64,000 nt of DNA from Stegostoma tigrinum (lineage: Eukaryota). The stretch is from contig NC_081400.1 in NCBI RefSeq assembly GCF_030684315.1, positions 8,313,464 to 8,377,463 on the forward strand, given 5' to 3'. The notes below the pieces were generated by a model. That model did no database searches, was not told the origin of the DNA, and worked only from the letters and a program-made list of their open reading frames with translations. A program made the position numbers and the translations under genes. Of the stretch, positions 39,401-52,089 are shown piece by piece (the stretch's first letter is position 1; each line of letters opens with the position of its first letter).

Positions 39401-41335
39401 CAACATAATCAAAGTGAGTTACAGAGACTGGAGCTGACCCATACCAATGGTGCTTAAACCAGATGGTAGCCAATGATTATGTGTGAACAGTCAAAAAGTC
39501 AGTGTAGTTCCAAATTCAGATTCATATCCTATTCCACATTCAGAAGACTGCATTGATAAGATGGGACAAGCAATTATGGCTCGAAGCGGGCATACCGAAG
39601 TGAAAATGGCATGAATCTTTATCTGAAAGAATGACATTGGCCACGCCAATTTAAAGTCATACCATTTAGCATGAAAAATAGACTGCCATATTTCAAAGAC
39701 TATACAAAAAAGTCATTTCTGGATGGCCAATTGTATGAGACACATCGCCAATATGGTGACTTCTAAGCATTTGGGGCGTCTGTTGGAATTGTGTGATCAA
39801 CTTTGGAAAGCAGGCCAGGCAAGATCAACCTGGTTAAGAGTAATTTCACAAAATACAAAGTCACGTTGCGAGGACATGTTATTGGGCCTGGGCAGATGGC
39901 CGCACAGAATGTCGAAACAAAATTTTCTGGGGAGTTTTCCATACCATCATCGAAGATGGACGAACTAAAATTCCTGAGATTGCATGGGATTTATCAGATG
40001 TTCATGTGATAATTGAGTAGTGTGGTCAGCCCATTGACAAATTTACTGAAGAAGTGCGGAATATTTCAGTGGGCAGTCGACTGGCAGAAGGCATTTGACA
40101 GCCTGAAAGCTGTGTTAACCAGTGCCCTAGTGTTATCCAAATCTAATTGTGCAAAGCCTTTCGGGGTCGCTATCTATGCGAGTGATATAGGTGTTGATGC
40201 TGTGCTCTTACTAGAAGACGATGAGAAGATAGAAAGACATTTTGGGTATTTTTCCAGAAAAATGAATACACAACAGAAATATTCCATGATAGAGAATGAA
40301 ACCTTGAGCCTGATATTGTGTAACATCATTTCAACATTTGCATTGCCAGTAATTTGCCTGATACAATTATACATACTGATCATAATCCATTAAAGCTTTG
40401 GAGAAATTTAAGGGGAAAAATTCCACACTGTTTTGATGCTGCTTATTATTGCAGTTATTGCAATTTGAACATTATATACATGGCAGTACGAGCAAACATA
40501 ATTGACAGTGGATTGTCATGAATTTGATGAAGTGGAGGCAAGAAAAATGGGAGTAACTTGATTGACACAGACTGTAGTAGTGAATATTCGAATGCTGAGA
40601 GTCAGTGTAATGTAAGAAGTATTGGAGTGTACTAATAGAGTTAGACCAATGATTTTGAAAAAATAAAGCCAACTTTGTGTATTGATGTTTCACTCTTTTT
40701 TAAGGGGGCAAGTGTGGAGATAGTGTGACTTTGGTTTTTTTTTAAGAGAGATCGTAAATCAGAGGTGAGAACAGTCAACAAGAACTGAAAGAGTAAACAG
40801 TTTGGGAGGCCTTCCTTTATCAAAAAACACTGTCTGAGTGGGTGTGGTCAGCTCTCACAGATCCAGATTTCTGCTTTTTGTTTAGTTTACAGCAGTATGA
40901 GAAGAAATTTAGTTCTCAAAAGAGTTTGAAGCTTCAGTGCATGTCTCCTAGGTGCTTACGTCTCTGTATTTCCTCTTGATTTGTTTTCCCCCTGGTTTGA
41001 AGAACTGCATGGGAAAACCCATGCCTGAATTTGCCTTTTTGACAGAGGGTGTGTTTATGGGATGTTACTCTATTGAAACAGTTAATTAGTAATAATTGCT
41101 GTATCTCTTCTTTGATTAAGTGTTCCAATAGTTAATTTGTTATAAACCCCTCATTATTTTGTTAGCATTTTAACGAGTGTTTGAATAAAATGTGTTTCGC
41201 ACAACTATGATTAGTTTGATCAGTCACAGCACATATGGAACATGACACTTGGCATCTTCATGTGAAATAAGAACATGTCAATGTTCAGGCTATCTTCCTA
41301 AACAATCTTGAGGGAGGCCCATCTGATCCATCACA
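36490..41335 (+). mobile_element. Gypsy Gmr1-type LTR retrotransposon remnant (PR-INT-RT-RNaseH-3'LTR)
   Basis: Protease-like ITILRD near 36790; integrase-like TEFPDAIPL in ORF 37692..37922; RT IKQHP..NPQK..VQKEVE..WS.P..KPDG from 39135; RNase H ASDIGVDAVLL..YFSRK in ORF 40013..40393; PPT ttttaaggggg before TGT near 40712. Confidence 0.8.
38463..39112 (+). mobile_element. LTR-like insert (solo LTR) interrupting the Gmr1 pol
   Basis: Ends ..gggggtctggtctggtccataaca, like the LTR ends near 41335 and 50826; internal similarity to 40712-41335. Confidence 0.55.
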
Positions 41336-41394
41336 CATGTCAGCAATTTGCCATCCATTCTGTGGGATTCTTCCTTTAGTGGTTTTCTTTTCTA

Positions 41395-42165
41395 ATGTTA
41401 GAATTCATTAAATGCCTTAACACAAGTGCATGGTAAAATAGGGCAATGTCAGCCCATCTTCATCAAGGGGAGTTCATGCCCGACAAGTCTGTTCAAACTC
41501 TTTGAGGAAATAATGAACAAGTCAGACCAGGGAGAGCTAATAGATGTCATCTACCTGGGCTTCAAGAAGGGCTTTGACATGGCGCCACACAGGAGGCTGC
41601 TGAGTAAGGACCCATGGGGCTAGAGGCAAGGCATTAGAATGGATAGAAATTTGGCTGACTGGTGGAATGCAGAGAGTGGGGTTAAAAAGAATCCTGCTTA
41701 GGATGGCAGCCAGTGACATGTGGTGTTCCACCAAGCTGCACCACGCTTTTCACTTCATATATTAATGATCTAGATAAAGGAACTGAGTTCATTCTGGCTA
41801 CATTTGCAGGAGGTACAAATACATGTAACGGAACAGGCAGTATTGAAGAGATCAGGAGGCTGCAGGAGGATTAGGAGAGTGGTCAAATAAGTGGCAGATG
41901 GAGTACCACATAGGAAAGCATGAGGTCATACACTTTCATAAGAATAGAGGGATGGCCTATTTTCTAAACGGGGAGAAAATTCACAAGTCTGAAATGAAAA
42001 GCGACTTGGGAGTTCATGTCCAGGATTTTCTCAGCGTAAACTTGCCGGTTGATTCAGTAGTTGGGAAGACAAATGCAACTTTGGCATTTATTTTGCGAGG
42101 GCTTGAATATCAAAGGGATGTACTTCTGAGGCTCTACAAGGCTCTGGTCAGGCCACATTTGGAGT
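41395..42165 (+). mobile_element. CR1 fragment
   Basis: IDVIYLGFKKGFDMAPHRRL and LLRLYKALVRPHLE. Confidence 0.85.
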
Positions 42166-42315
42166 TTATTTTTTACATTGTGCATGTGAATTGGACGTGT
42201 TGACTGAATGAGAGATGGTGTTTCTGTGCAACTCTGACTGAGAGAGACTGTGTTAGTGCACAAGAAAGTATGTGTATGTTTGTGGGAAACAATGTTGTAT
42301 TGTATGGAGTGAAAG

Positions 42316-42318
<3 letters not shown>

Positions 42319-42350
<32 letters not shown>
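42319..42350. repeat. (TG)16 microsatellite
   Basis: Directly visible. Confidence 0.97.
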
Positions 42351-42353
<3 letters not shown>

Positions 42354-43964
42354 CTACTGCAAGTGACAAGGCAGTCACAAATCCAGTTCCTCCCAAAAAT
42401 ACCTACTGGCAAATTAGGCTGCGGGAAGAGGATTGTTCAATCAATTTGCTTGAAATCCCAACGTTGAATGAATTCTGCATATTCCACATCAAAATTATTC
42501 AACACCAGCCATGAAAACAACATCAGTTCTGGAAAAGAGATAATGCAATCCCCTTGTGACTGTAAACAATCTGTCTTTGTTTCGTGTTTATTGTTATGCA
42601 AAACAATTATTGTTATTAACTTCTGTTCTCTGTTTTGTCTTGTTATGTACAATGTCCTGAAAACAGGAACCTTATGATTATGGCGCTGTTTGCTGGGAGA
42701 ATCATTTCCACTTTTTCTTTCTTATTCACACATCGCCCTTTCAAAGGTAAAGTGATTTTAAATTTTGTTATAAAATGTATTGCGATTTGGCAAAAAGTAA
42801 ACTTTGCACGGCCCTAAAAGGCAAAGATGAAAGATTCTTGTGATTTAAACTGAGGTTCGCAATTCCTCAGGTGAGAGAAAGTGTTGAGAAGGGAAACCTT
42901 CATGGGATCCCCAGCCCGCGTGGGGTTAACCGCCCTCTGTTGGCATTGTTGTGAATTGCAAAGCAGCCGTCCAGCCCCTCACCGAAATGAGTTTACAACA
43001 TTCGAAAGCGGCTCAGTAAGGCAATGTCGAGAGCGGTGTATGCAGCTTAAAATGTTGGCCAAATGAAGACTGTTAGTGCCTTAACTTTTTTGCCAAATCG
43101 AATCATGGATAGAACTCTGGGAATGCAAAATTGTCCTATGACAATATTGTCACTTGAACGGACTTACCTTCCTGTTGACCTGAAAGCAAGAAACAAGGTA
43201 TAACTGAAACATGCACAATTCTGAAGAAGCTAATCATTGGTATGCTAGGAGGATATTTTCCCAGATGGGGAATCTCAGAACAATAAAACATCAAAAACTG
43301 AGATCAGGGCCTATATCTTGGCTTGGCTTTTGAGGATAAATGGTATTCTGCACGTCAGAAGTTGGGATCTTAGCCAATCAATTATATGTTCAAGGTCATT
43401 TAGTTATCTGTACAGAGCGAATTGTTAAAATTTTGGTCATGTCTTTGTTTGAACTATCTCAATAAATAGCATATCTATTCCTATTCTTCAGTAATACATT
43501 CTTCTTGTAATTGTAAAAGTGGTCAGGCAAAAGAGAGGTTTGAAAATTAGCATGAGAACGTTAAACACTAGATATTGTGAAATAAACTGTTTAAAAAAAT
43601 TCAAGAACAGCTTCTTCCGGCAGTTGTAACACTTATGAATGGACTTCTCATATTTTAAATTTGATCATTCTCTAAACTTTCTCTGTAGCTGCAACGCTAA
43701 AGTCTGCATTCTGTGCTCATACCCTGATGTAATTGTGTCGGTGTGACTTATCTGGGACAAAACAAATGTCTCCGGTGTGCAAAAATAAATGTATCCTTGC
43801 ACCCTGTTTCTCGTAAAGACACGACTACATACTCTCATTTCCTCTCTCTCCATCCCCTTTGTTCCGATGAGGCTGACATTGACAAGGGAACCACCGAAAC
43901 ATTTCCTGTTCATGTATTTGTCCAAATGTCGTTAATGTACGCACCTCAACTCGAGATCAATAAT

Positions 43965-44235
43965 AGAATACCGTCAGGATGGAAACAGACCCTGTGGCCC
44001 AGCAAGTCCACACTGACCCTCAGAATTTCCCACCCAAACCCATCCCCAGACATTATGGGTAATTTAGCATGGCCAATACACCTAGCCTGCACATCTTTGG
44101 ATTGTGGGAGAAAACCCATGTAGACACGGGAATGATGTGCAAACTTCACACAGACAGTTGCCCAAGCGTGGAATCGAACCTGGGTCGCTGGTGTTCTGAG
44201 GCAACAATGCTAACCACTGAGCCACTGTGCCACAC
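43965..44235 (-). mobile_element. HE1-like SINE, followed by a CR1 fragment (about 44240-44850)
   Basis: Minus strand ggcacagtggctcagtggttagca..cccaggttcgattcca. Confidence 0.85.
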
Positions 44236-44849
44236 CCACCCTACACCCTTCCGCTGACAGAACATTCCATATGCATACCATCCAAAAGATCCCCCTCAGG
44301 TTCCCACGTATACTTTCCCCACTTACCTTAAACTGATGTTCTCTATTCCTCACTTCCCCAACCTTGGTATAAAGACTGAGTGCATTTCATCTTATCCATG
44401 CCTCTTATGATCTTAATCACTTCTCTCAGATCCCCATTATGTCTCTGACTCGCTTAAGAAAAATGCCCTAGCTTGTTGAACATCTCTCGATAATTCAGAC
44501 CTTGAGTTCTGACAAAATTTTTGTAAATTTCTTCTGCATTCTTTCGAGTTTAATTGTATCCTTCCGATAGCAAGATGATGAAAACTGAACACAACACTCC
44601 AAGTGTGGTCATTCCAACTTCTGGTATAACTGATTCATAACTTCCCCACTTCTATACTCAACATCATGAGCGATAAAAGCCAGTGTGCCAAAAGCTTCCT
44701 TCACTGCCATATCTACTAGTGACTCCACCTTCAGAGACCCATGCACCTGAACTCCAAGTTCCCTCTGTTACACTGCACTCCTTAAGGCCCTACCATTTAC
44801 CATGAAACTCCTACTTGGATTTGACTTTCCAAAATGCACCACCTCACAG

Positions 44850-44854
44850 TTATC

Positions 44855-44887
<33 letters not shown>

Positions 44888-44932
44888 CTATCTGTCTCTC
44901 TCTCTCCCTCTCCCTCTATATATATATAGATA
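44850..44932. repeat. Compound (TATC)/(TA)/(TC) microsatellite
   Basis: Directly visible. Confidence 0.85.
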
Positions 44933-46761
44933 TGTTTCTCTACCAAGCTTGAGAAACAACAGGCAAACTTCAAAATAGATAGCTGAATGACTTGTGGATA
45001 CAACGCTGAATTCAGAGAAGAAACAAGATTACACAATCTGCCCTTCATTCGGGCATTTCTTTTTCTTTATTTTAACTGTTTTTGTTTCTAAAATTCTGGC
45101 CAGGGCTATTTGTTATGGTAGCATTTAAAATAACATTGGAGTAATACATTCTCTTTCAATATAACCATACAACTCTTTTTATCTATTTGCCCATGTCATA
45201 TTTATAATGTCACGTCCACTCCACCCAACATCACAAACTAGATTTTGTTATTTCTCCAGCCAGGTAGCAAATTGTCTGCACTCATGACATTTCTACGATG
45301 CAATAAGTTCTTATGAGCAATCGAGTTAGATTTTAAACATTGGCTTTGCAGTTTTAACAATGTTTAGGGACACACCAAGTATTTCTCGCACTTCCTGAAA
45401 TGCTGAATGATGTTGCATTACACGTCACCTCTGCATTATCCAGGGTGTGGCAGAAGCACAACTGTCCCCTCTTCTCTCACTCTTTACTTCGTTGTGTCAT
45501 GTCTGTGAGTTTTGACATTACCGATCGAGTTCGTGGCAATGAAAGCCAATAATAATATCGAACAGTAGCCAGTCTGGGTAAGCTAGTTGTGGGACACAAT
45601 GCATGATGGTGTCTTGGATCACAGCATGTACCCAAGCATTTCTTATCAGAGTTGATTAAATATAATTAAGAGAAGGCTTGACAACAGCAATTTGCTAAAA
45701 TATGAATGTTTATTAAGTAAAAATAATGATTACAATGGCAATTATAAATGATTATAGTGGGAACAGTAAATAGAAAAGAAAAGAGGAAAAAAAAGTCTCA
45801 TGCCATTCTAGACAAAGCAACAAATCTCATGTTCCTCTGCCTGTTCTTCTGTTGCCTCAATCAATGGCTGTTCTCGAGGCTCAGGTTCATTCCTGGCACC
45901 TTTCACGATTCTGAGCTGAAGTGAAGTCATGCAACTTGGAATGAGATTCTCTCTCTCTTTCTCTCTCTGACATAGTATGACAAACATCCAGCACAAAGAA
46001 AGCAGATACAGAAGACCAAACACAGGGACAGCAAAACAAGCTGCAAGTGCCACCTTTGGCCGTCTCACAAACTTTGTTTTTTATGGTGTTGTGAGGTTCC
46101 TGCTCAACTACTATCTCAGACAGTACATTTCAGATTCCCACTGTCTTCTGGTGAAAGAAAATCTGAAACCTGGCCAAGACCTAAACACTTCAGCTTAAAA
46201 TTATTCCGCCAACAACTCGCGATGGGCAATTCAACTCAGGAGAAAAGGTGCTCCTCCTCCATCCTGTCCATGGTCGTTGCAATCTTATGCACATTGATGC
46301 GCTCCTCTCTCATCTTTCCCTGCTCCACAGAAATCAACACAGACTATCCATCCTCTCTTCAAAGCTAAATTGCTCCAACCCAGGCAACATTGTGCATGGA
46401 AAAGATCTGCACAGGAAACGGCCCTTTAAGCCCCAGTGTCAGTGCTGACCATGATGCCATGAGGAACTAAGTCAAAGTGACTGTGCATGGTTCGTATCTC
46501 TGACTGTTCAGGCATCTGTGCAAATGCTGTGTTCTTAGACCTATCACCACTCTGGCAGTGCTTCCAGGCACTGAGCACCCTGTGTGTCTTGTGCATTTAT
46601 TTAAACATTCCCACTTCTCAAATTAAACCTACAGCCTCTAGTATTTATCATTTTGACACTGATAACAAGAATCTGGATTGCCATAGAAGTTACATCAGCA
46701 ACTTTAGCACTGATGTGAATAATGCATTGGATAGAATATAACATTCTCGAAGTCATATAAG

Positions 46762-46990
46762 TGATAATCGGAACTGCAGATGCTGGAGAATTCCGGATAA
46801 CAAAGTGTGGAGCTGGATGAACACAGCAGGCCAAGCAGCATCTCAGGAGCACTAAAGCTGACGTTTTGGGCCTAGACCCTTAATCAGAGACGCTCTCTGA
46901 TGAAGGGTACAGGCCAGAAATGCCAGCATTTGAGCTCCTGAGATGCTGCTTGGCCTGCTGTGTTCATCCAGCTCCACACTTTGCTATCTC
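46762..46990. mobile_element. Non-autonomous palindromic element made of two inverted Penelope termini
   Basis: Inverted arms of about 95 bp (46796-46890 and 46894-46988), flanked by the direct repeat agtcatata. Confidence 0.85.
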
Positions 46991-48604
46991 GAGTCATATA
47001 TATTATTTTTAGCTGTTTAAGTCTCAGGGATGAAATGACAATGCAACACAATAGTAATCTTATAAAAATGATCTGGTTCAATTGCAATTCATGCTAATTG
47101 ACATGAAGTATTCTCTTTGTTGCACTTTCTTTAGTAAATGGCTCTACTTTCGCTGTGTGAATATTCAATCTATGGACAGAACAAGATGCATTTCACTTGC
47201 CCAGGTAAAACATGAGGCAGCATTACTGAATAGGCACCATTAACCCATCCCCAATTACCCACAGGGCAGTTGAGAGTCAAACAAATTTCTGTGGGTCTGT
47301 AGATACATGTAGACCAGCTTCCTTCCCGAGAGGACATTAGTAAACCGGGCCAGTTTTTTTTCCCTGATAATCAACATGGTTATCATAATTCCAGATTTTT
47401 ATTAGTTCTAATTCCACCATTTCCTCTGGGAGGATCTGAACCTAGCTCCTCGGGACGTTGTCTGGGTCCCTGGATTAACAATCCAGTGATACCACCACTG
47501 GACCATGTAGCTTACATTATAGTCGAGCACTGAATGCTGTCCTGTTATATATCCTTGTGTGTTGTACAACTTTTAACTTCATTTTTATGGGATGCGGGTG
47601 TCACTGTATTGGCCAATTCTCGTCGGCTGAGAGGGTGGTAGTGAGCCGGCCTCTTGACCTATTGCAGTTCACTAACGAAGCTTGAAAGCTGTTTCAATAC
47701 CCCTGAGGACTCTCTTGAAATAAAATTCTCTACATCAACTTCAATGCACTGATATTTCTTCCAAATCCCATCCCAGCTCCTGCTATTCCAACATATTACA
47801 GACGCAGCATGTGTATTCATTAAATACAAAATTGCCATCTTTTGGATAAATCTTGCCTTTCCCTCACTTTATTCCATTTTCACAGGCTCAAATCGCTCAG
47901 GAAATCTGACGAGGACAACAAGAATTTTCTGCATTGGTTCTTTTAAATTTCTGAGATCCTTTCACCTTTCTCCAGACTTATTTCCACTTTGGTAGCCAGG
48001 GCACCTGCATCCCTTTTCCACAGTATCACCATTTCTTCCGCCCTCTCTGAGCATATAATTTTTCGGTCCTGTGTTCTGCTTCTGCCATTTTACACTTTCA
48101 GGTCATGCCATCCAGCACAAATTTGTTGATGTCCCTCCCAGATATCTAGGTCCTCATTTTGCAGTGATCTCTTCTGAATAGTAAGAAACTTGTTCCAATC
48201 GAAAACAGTGAACTATGAGTCTCTAAAATCCAACATCATAAGAAACTGCAAATCATTTCCACCATTCCAACCCTCTCTCTGCTATCTCAGACCAAAAATA
48301 TGTGCAAGTGTGGAAATTTACTTCCGCCTGTTCTCTGCATAAATTGCGTCTTAAATCTGAGTAGATCATAAAAAGAGGAATTTTACCAACACATTGTGGG
48401 AGAGTTCTTGGAGTTAAGCACCAAGTCACTCTGCTGGTCACAGTTCACAATATTTCTGCATTTTTAAGTCACAAAAGTTACATACAAACATTGGTATAAA
48501 ACAATGCTTTACTGCAAAAGCAGGATGCACCTTTTTGTGATGATGTGAGTTTTATTCCGAAGAGACATAGTGAAGGCAGAAGTGGAGACCCAGCTACTGA
48601 AATA

Positions 48605-50358
48605 AGATAACAAAGTCTGGAGCTGGATGAAAACAGCAGGCCAAGCAGCATTTCAGGAGCACAAAAGCTGACGTTTCGGGCATAGACCCTTCATCAGAGA
48701 GGGGGATGGGGAGAGGGGGGTTCTGGAATAAATAGGGAGAGGTGGGAGGTGGACTGAAGATGGTGAGAAAAGAAGATAGGTGGAGAGGAGTGTATAGGTA
48801 GGGAGGTAGGGAGGGGATAGGTCAGTCAAGGGAAGATGGACAAGTCAAGGAGGCGGGATGAGGTTAGTAGGTCGGAAATGGAGGTGCTGCTTGAGGAGGG
48901 AGGAAGGGATGGGTGAGAGGAAGAACAGGTTAGAGAAGCGGAGACAGGCTGTGCTGGTTTTGGGATGCAGTGGGGGGAGGGGACGAGCTGGGCTGGTTGA
49001 GTGATGCGGTGGGGGGGGGCGTATTTTGAAGCTCTTGAAGTCCACATTGATACCATTGGGCTGCAGGGTTCCCAAGCGGAATATGAGTTGCTGTTCTTGC
49101 ACTCTTCGGGTGGCATTATTGTGGCACTGCAAGAGGCCCATGATGGACCAGTCGTCTGAGGAATGGGAGGTGGTGTTAAAATGGTTCGCGATTGGGAGGA
49201 GCAGTTATTTATTGCGAACCGAGCGGAGGTGTTCTGCAAAGCGGTCCGCAATCGTCCGCTTGGTTTCCCCAAAGGAGAGGAAGCCACACCGGGTACAATG
49301 GATACAGTATACCACATTGGCAGATGTACAGGTGAACATCTGCTTAATATGGAAGGTCATATTGTGGCCTGGGATGACGGTGAGGGCGGAGGTTTGGGGG
49401 AAAGTGTAGCACTTCCTGAGGTTGCAGGGGAAGTTGCCAGGTGTGGTGGGGTTGGAGGGTAGTGTGGTGGGGACAAGGGAGTCGCAGAGGGAGTGGTCTC
49501 CCCGGAAGGCAGACAAGGGTGGGGATGGAAAAATGTCTTGGGTGGTGTGGTCGGATTGTAGATGGCGCAAGTATCAGAGGATGATGCGTTGTATCCAGAG
49601 TTTGGTGGGGTGGTATGTGAGAACGAGGGGGATCCTCTTGGGGCGGTTGTGTTTGGGGCGGGGTGCGAGGGATATGTTGCAGGAAATGCGGGTGACGCGG
49701 TCAAGGGCGTTCTCGACCACTGTGTGGGGAAAGTTGCGGTCCTTGAAGAATGTGGACATCTGGGATGTGCGGGAGTGGAATGCCTCAAACTGGGAGCAGA
49801 TGCGGTGGAGGCGGAGGAATTGGGAATAGGCGATGGAATTTTTGCAGGAGGGTGGGTGGGAGCAGGTGTATTTTCGGGAGCTGTGGGAGTCAGTGGGTTG
49901 AAATGGACATTAGTTTCTAGCTGGTTACCTGAGATGGAGACTGAGAGGACCAGGACGGTGAGAGATGTGTTGGAAATGGCACAGGTGAACTTGTGGTTGG
50001 AGTGGAAGCTGTTGGTGAACTGTAAGAACTGATCGAGCTCCTCTGGGGAGCAAGAGACAGCACTGATACAGTCATCAATGTAACGGACCTGTCTGTCTTC
50101 CCTGGACTGACCTATCCCCTCCCTTCCTCCTCACCTATACTCTCCTTTCCACCTTTCTTCTTTTCTCTCCATCTTTGGTCCACCTCCCCCTCTCTCCCTA
50201 TTTATTCCAGAACCCTCTCCCCATCCCCCTCTCTGTTGAAGGGTCTGGGCCTGAAATGTCAGCTTTTGTGCTCCTGAGATGCTGCTTGGCCTGCTGTGTT
50301 CATCCAGATTCACACTTTGTTATCTTGGATTCTCCAGCATCTGCAGTTCCCACAGTCA
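48605..50358 (-). mobile_element. Penelope-like element, 5'-truncated, with an inverted copy of its 3' terminus; inserted into a Gmr1-type LTR
   Basis: Close paralog of 15979-18056 in reverse (GIY-YIG VVYCIHCTRCG..GET). 50087-50355 is an inverted duplicate of the 3' end. Flanked by cagctactgaa and cagctgctgaa. Confidence 0.92.
48667..48700 (-). ncRNA. Minimal type I hammerhead ribozyme motif
   Basis: Minus strand cu-CUGAUGA-a-GGGU-cuau-GCCC-GAAA-C-GUC-ag: intact core, helix II, palindromic ACGU helix III; helix I is only about 2 bp. Confidence 0.65.
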
Positions 50359-52089
50359 CACAGCTGCTGAAGACAGCTTAAGTAAAGAACTTTCAGACCT
50401 CTCAGATTTTTTTAACGTTAGAATAATAGAAGCAGCTGGAATCAAATGGCCAGCGCTCAAAGACCTGGCCATCTCTCGGAAGAGTTGGAGATTCAGTGAC
50501 TGATTCCTGACTGCTACCTTCTCTAGAATTTCTCTTGCTTTTTTTTCTCTCTTTCTCTTCTTGATCAGAGAACTGCATGGAAGGATCTAAATTTGCCTTT
50601 TTGACAAAAGGGTGTTTCTGGGGCATTGCTAAACTGGAACAGTTAATTAGTAATGGGTGCTGTATCTATTGTTCAATGAAGTCTTCCAATATTTAAGTAT
50701 TTTGAAATTAATCTTTCTTTTGTTTGTATTTTGATGATAATATTTAAATAAATTGTGTTTTGCTTAAGTTAGGGTATGGGCTACCTGTTGAAAATATCTG
50801 GAGAGGGTCTGATCTGGTGCATAACAAAGTGTGTGCTCTTGTATGTCTTAAAAATCTACACTTCCAATTTGATTGTTCAACTCAAAGGTGGCAAATGGTA
50901 GGTGTTAGTGTCTTGTCTCTCATGTTGAGTTTGGTTGGCATCAGCAGGATGAGCCTTTCGTAGTAACTGTTCTTTCAGGGACTAACAGTTTTCTGATTCG
51001 GGAAGAAGTTACAAAAAGTGAGCAAGGCAAAGATGGTGGAAACGGCAGGCAAGCTGGAGTTGTTGTCGCCTGGGTCTAAGGGAAAATGGGAGATAATTGC
51101 AGCAATAGCTCAACACTTGAAATTGCTGGGAATACCATCAGAATCTTTGGAAATGACTAGAATTCAATTGCCGATGGAGCTGCTGGAACATGAAAAGGAA
51201 ATGGATGCCAATCTTCAAAGTTGTGTTCATAAGTGCGCAACCACATTAGGATGCAATCTTGGGACCTTCTACTGTTTTCTCATTGACGTTTCTACCGTTT
51301 CAAGTTCAGAGCTGGGGAACTTCACTGATAATTGTACGATATCCACATCAGTGAAGACTCCTCAGGGTTTGAAGTGGACGTGCCAATTCACAGCAAACCA
51401 AGATCAAAATTCCCCGAAAACAGAGTGTGGGGCTGGATGAACACAGCAGGCCAAGCAGCACCTCAGGAGCACAAACGCTGATGTTTCGGACCTCAACCCT
51501 TCATCAGAGAGGGGAATGGGGAGAGGGTTCTGATACTCTTCTCTCCAAATGTCTTCTCCTCTGTCCAGCTTCGTTCCACGTCCCCCTCTTTTCCTCACTA
51601 TTTCACAAGTGTTACGTAGAAGGAGCGTTTTTTTTTGGATTTGGGGAACTGCAGAAGCAGGAAGATCTCTACTGGCTTCAGAAACCAAAGTAATAGTGGA
51701 AGTCTCACGTTGTGAGAAGAGATGACAGGTATAATATTTCAAGAAGATTCGTGATCTCACGATGGATCTGGTTTTTGGGCAGCTTTCAGAGATTTGATGG
51801 ATTGTAGGAGCTGGGTGATTTTGCAGAAATATTTTGTTCAGGAATTGCTGGAGAGCAACATTTTTTGCAGGCTACGAGTGTGTCATCAAATGGAGAGATG
51901 AGCAGTATTGCTGAGAACAAAAATGAAAACAATAAATAACTAACTGGCACAGGAGAAACATACCTGCATAGATTTGGCTACAGGCTAGCATAATATGCAA
52001 CAAAAAGCAAAACAGTCATGATTATAAAGTAAAATCAGATTGCAACTTTCATGACTGACCCAATTTTAGGATGGACTTGGAGATATGGG

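Noticed and set aside
45808-46068. Minus-strand ORF resembling a TM plus cytoplasmic segment
   Set aside because: No convincing splice acceptor. It lies in a block (about 45.59-46.21 kb) with LTR-like features (TATA-like and AATAAA on the minus strand, TG..CA ends), so it is probably incidental.
47886-48180. Plus-strand acceptor and donor-like sites (e.g. 48102-48180)
   Set aside because: No recognisable protein and no linked exons; such sites are expected by chance in pyrimidine-rich DNA.
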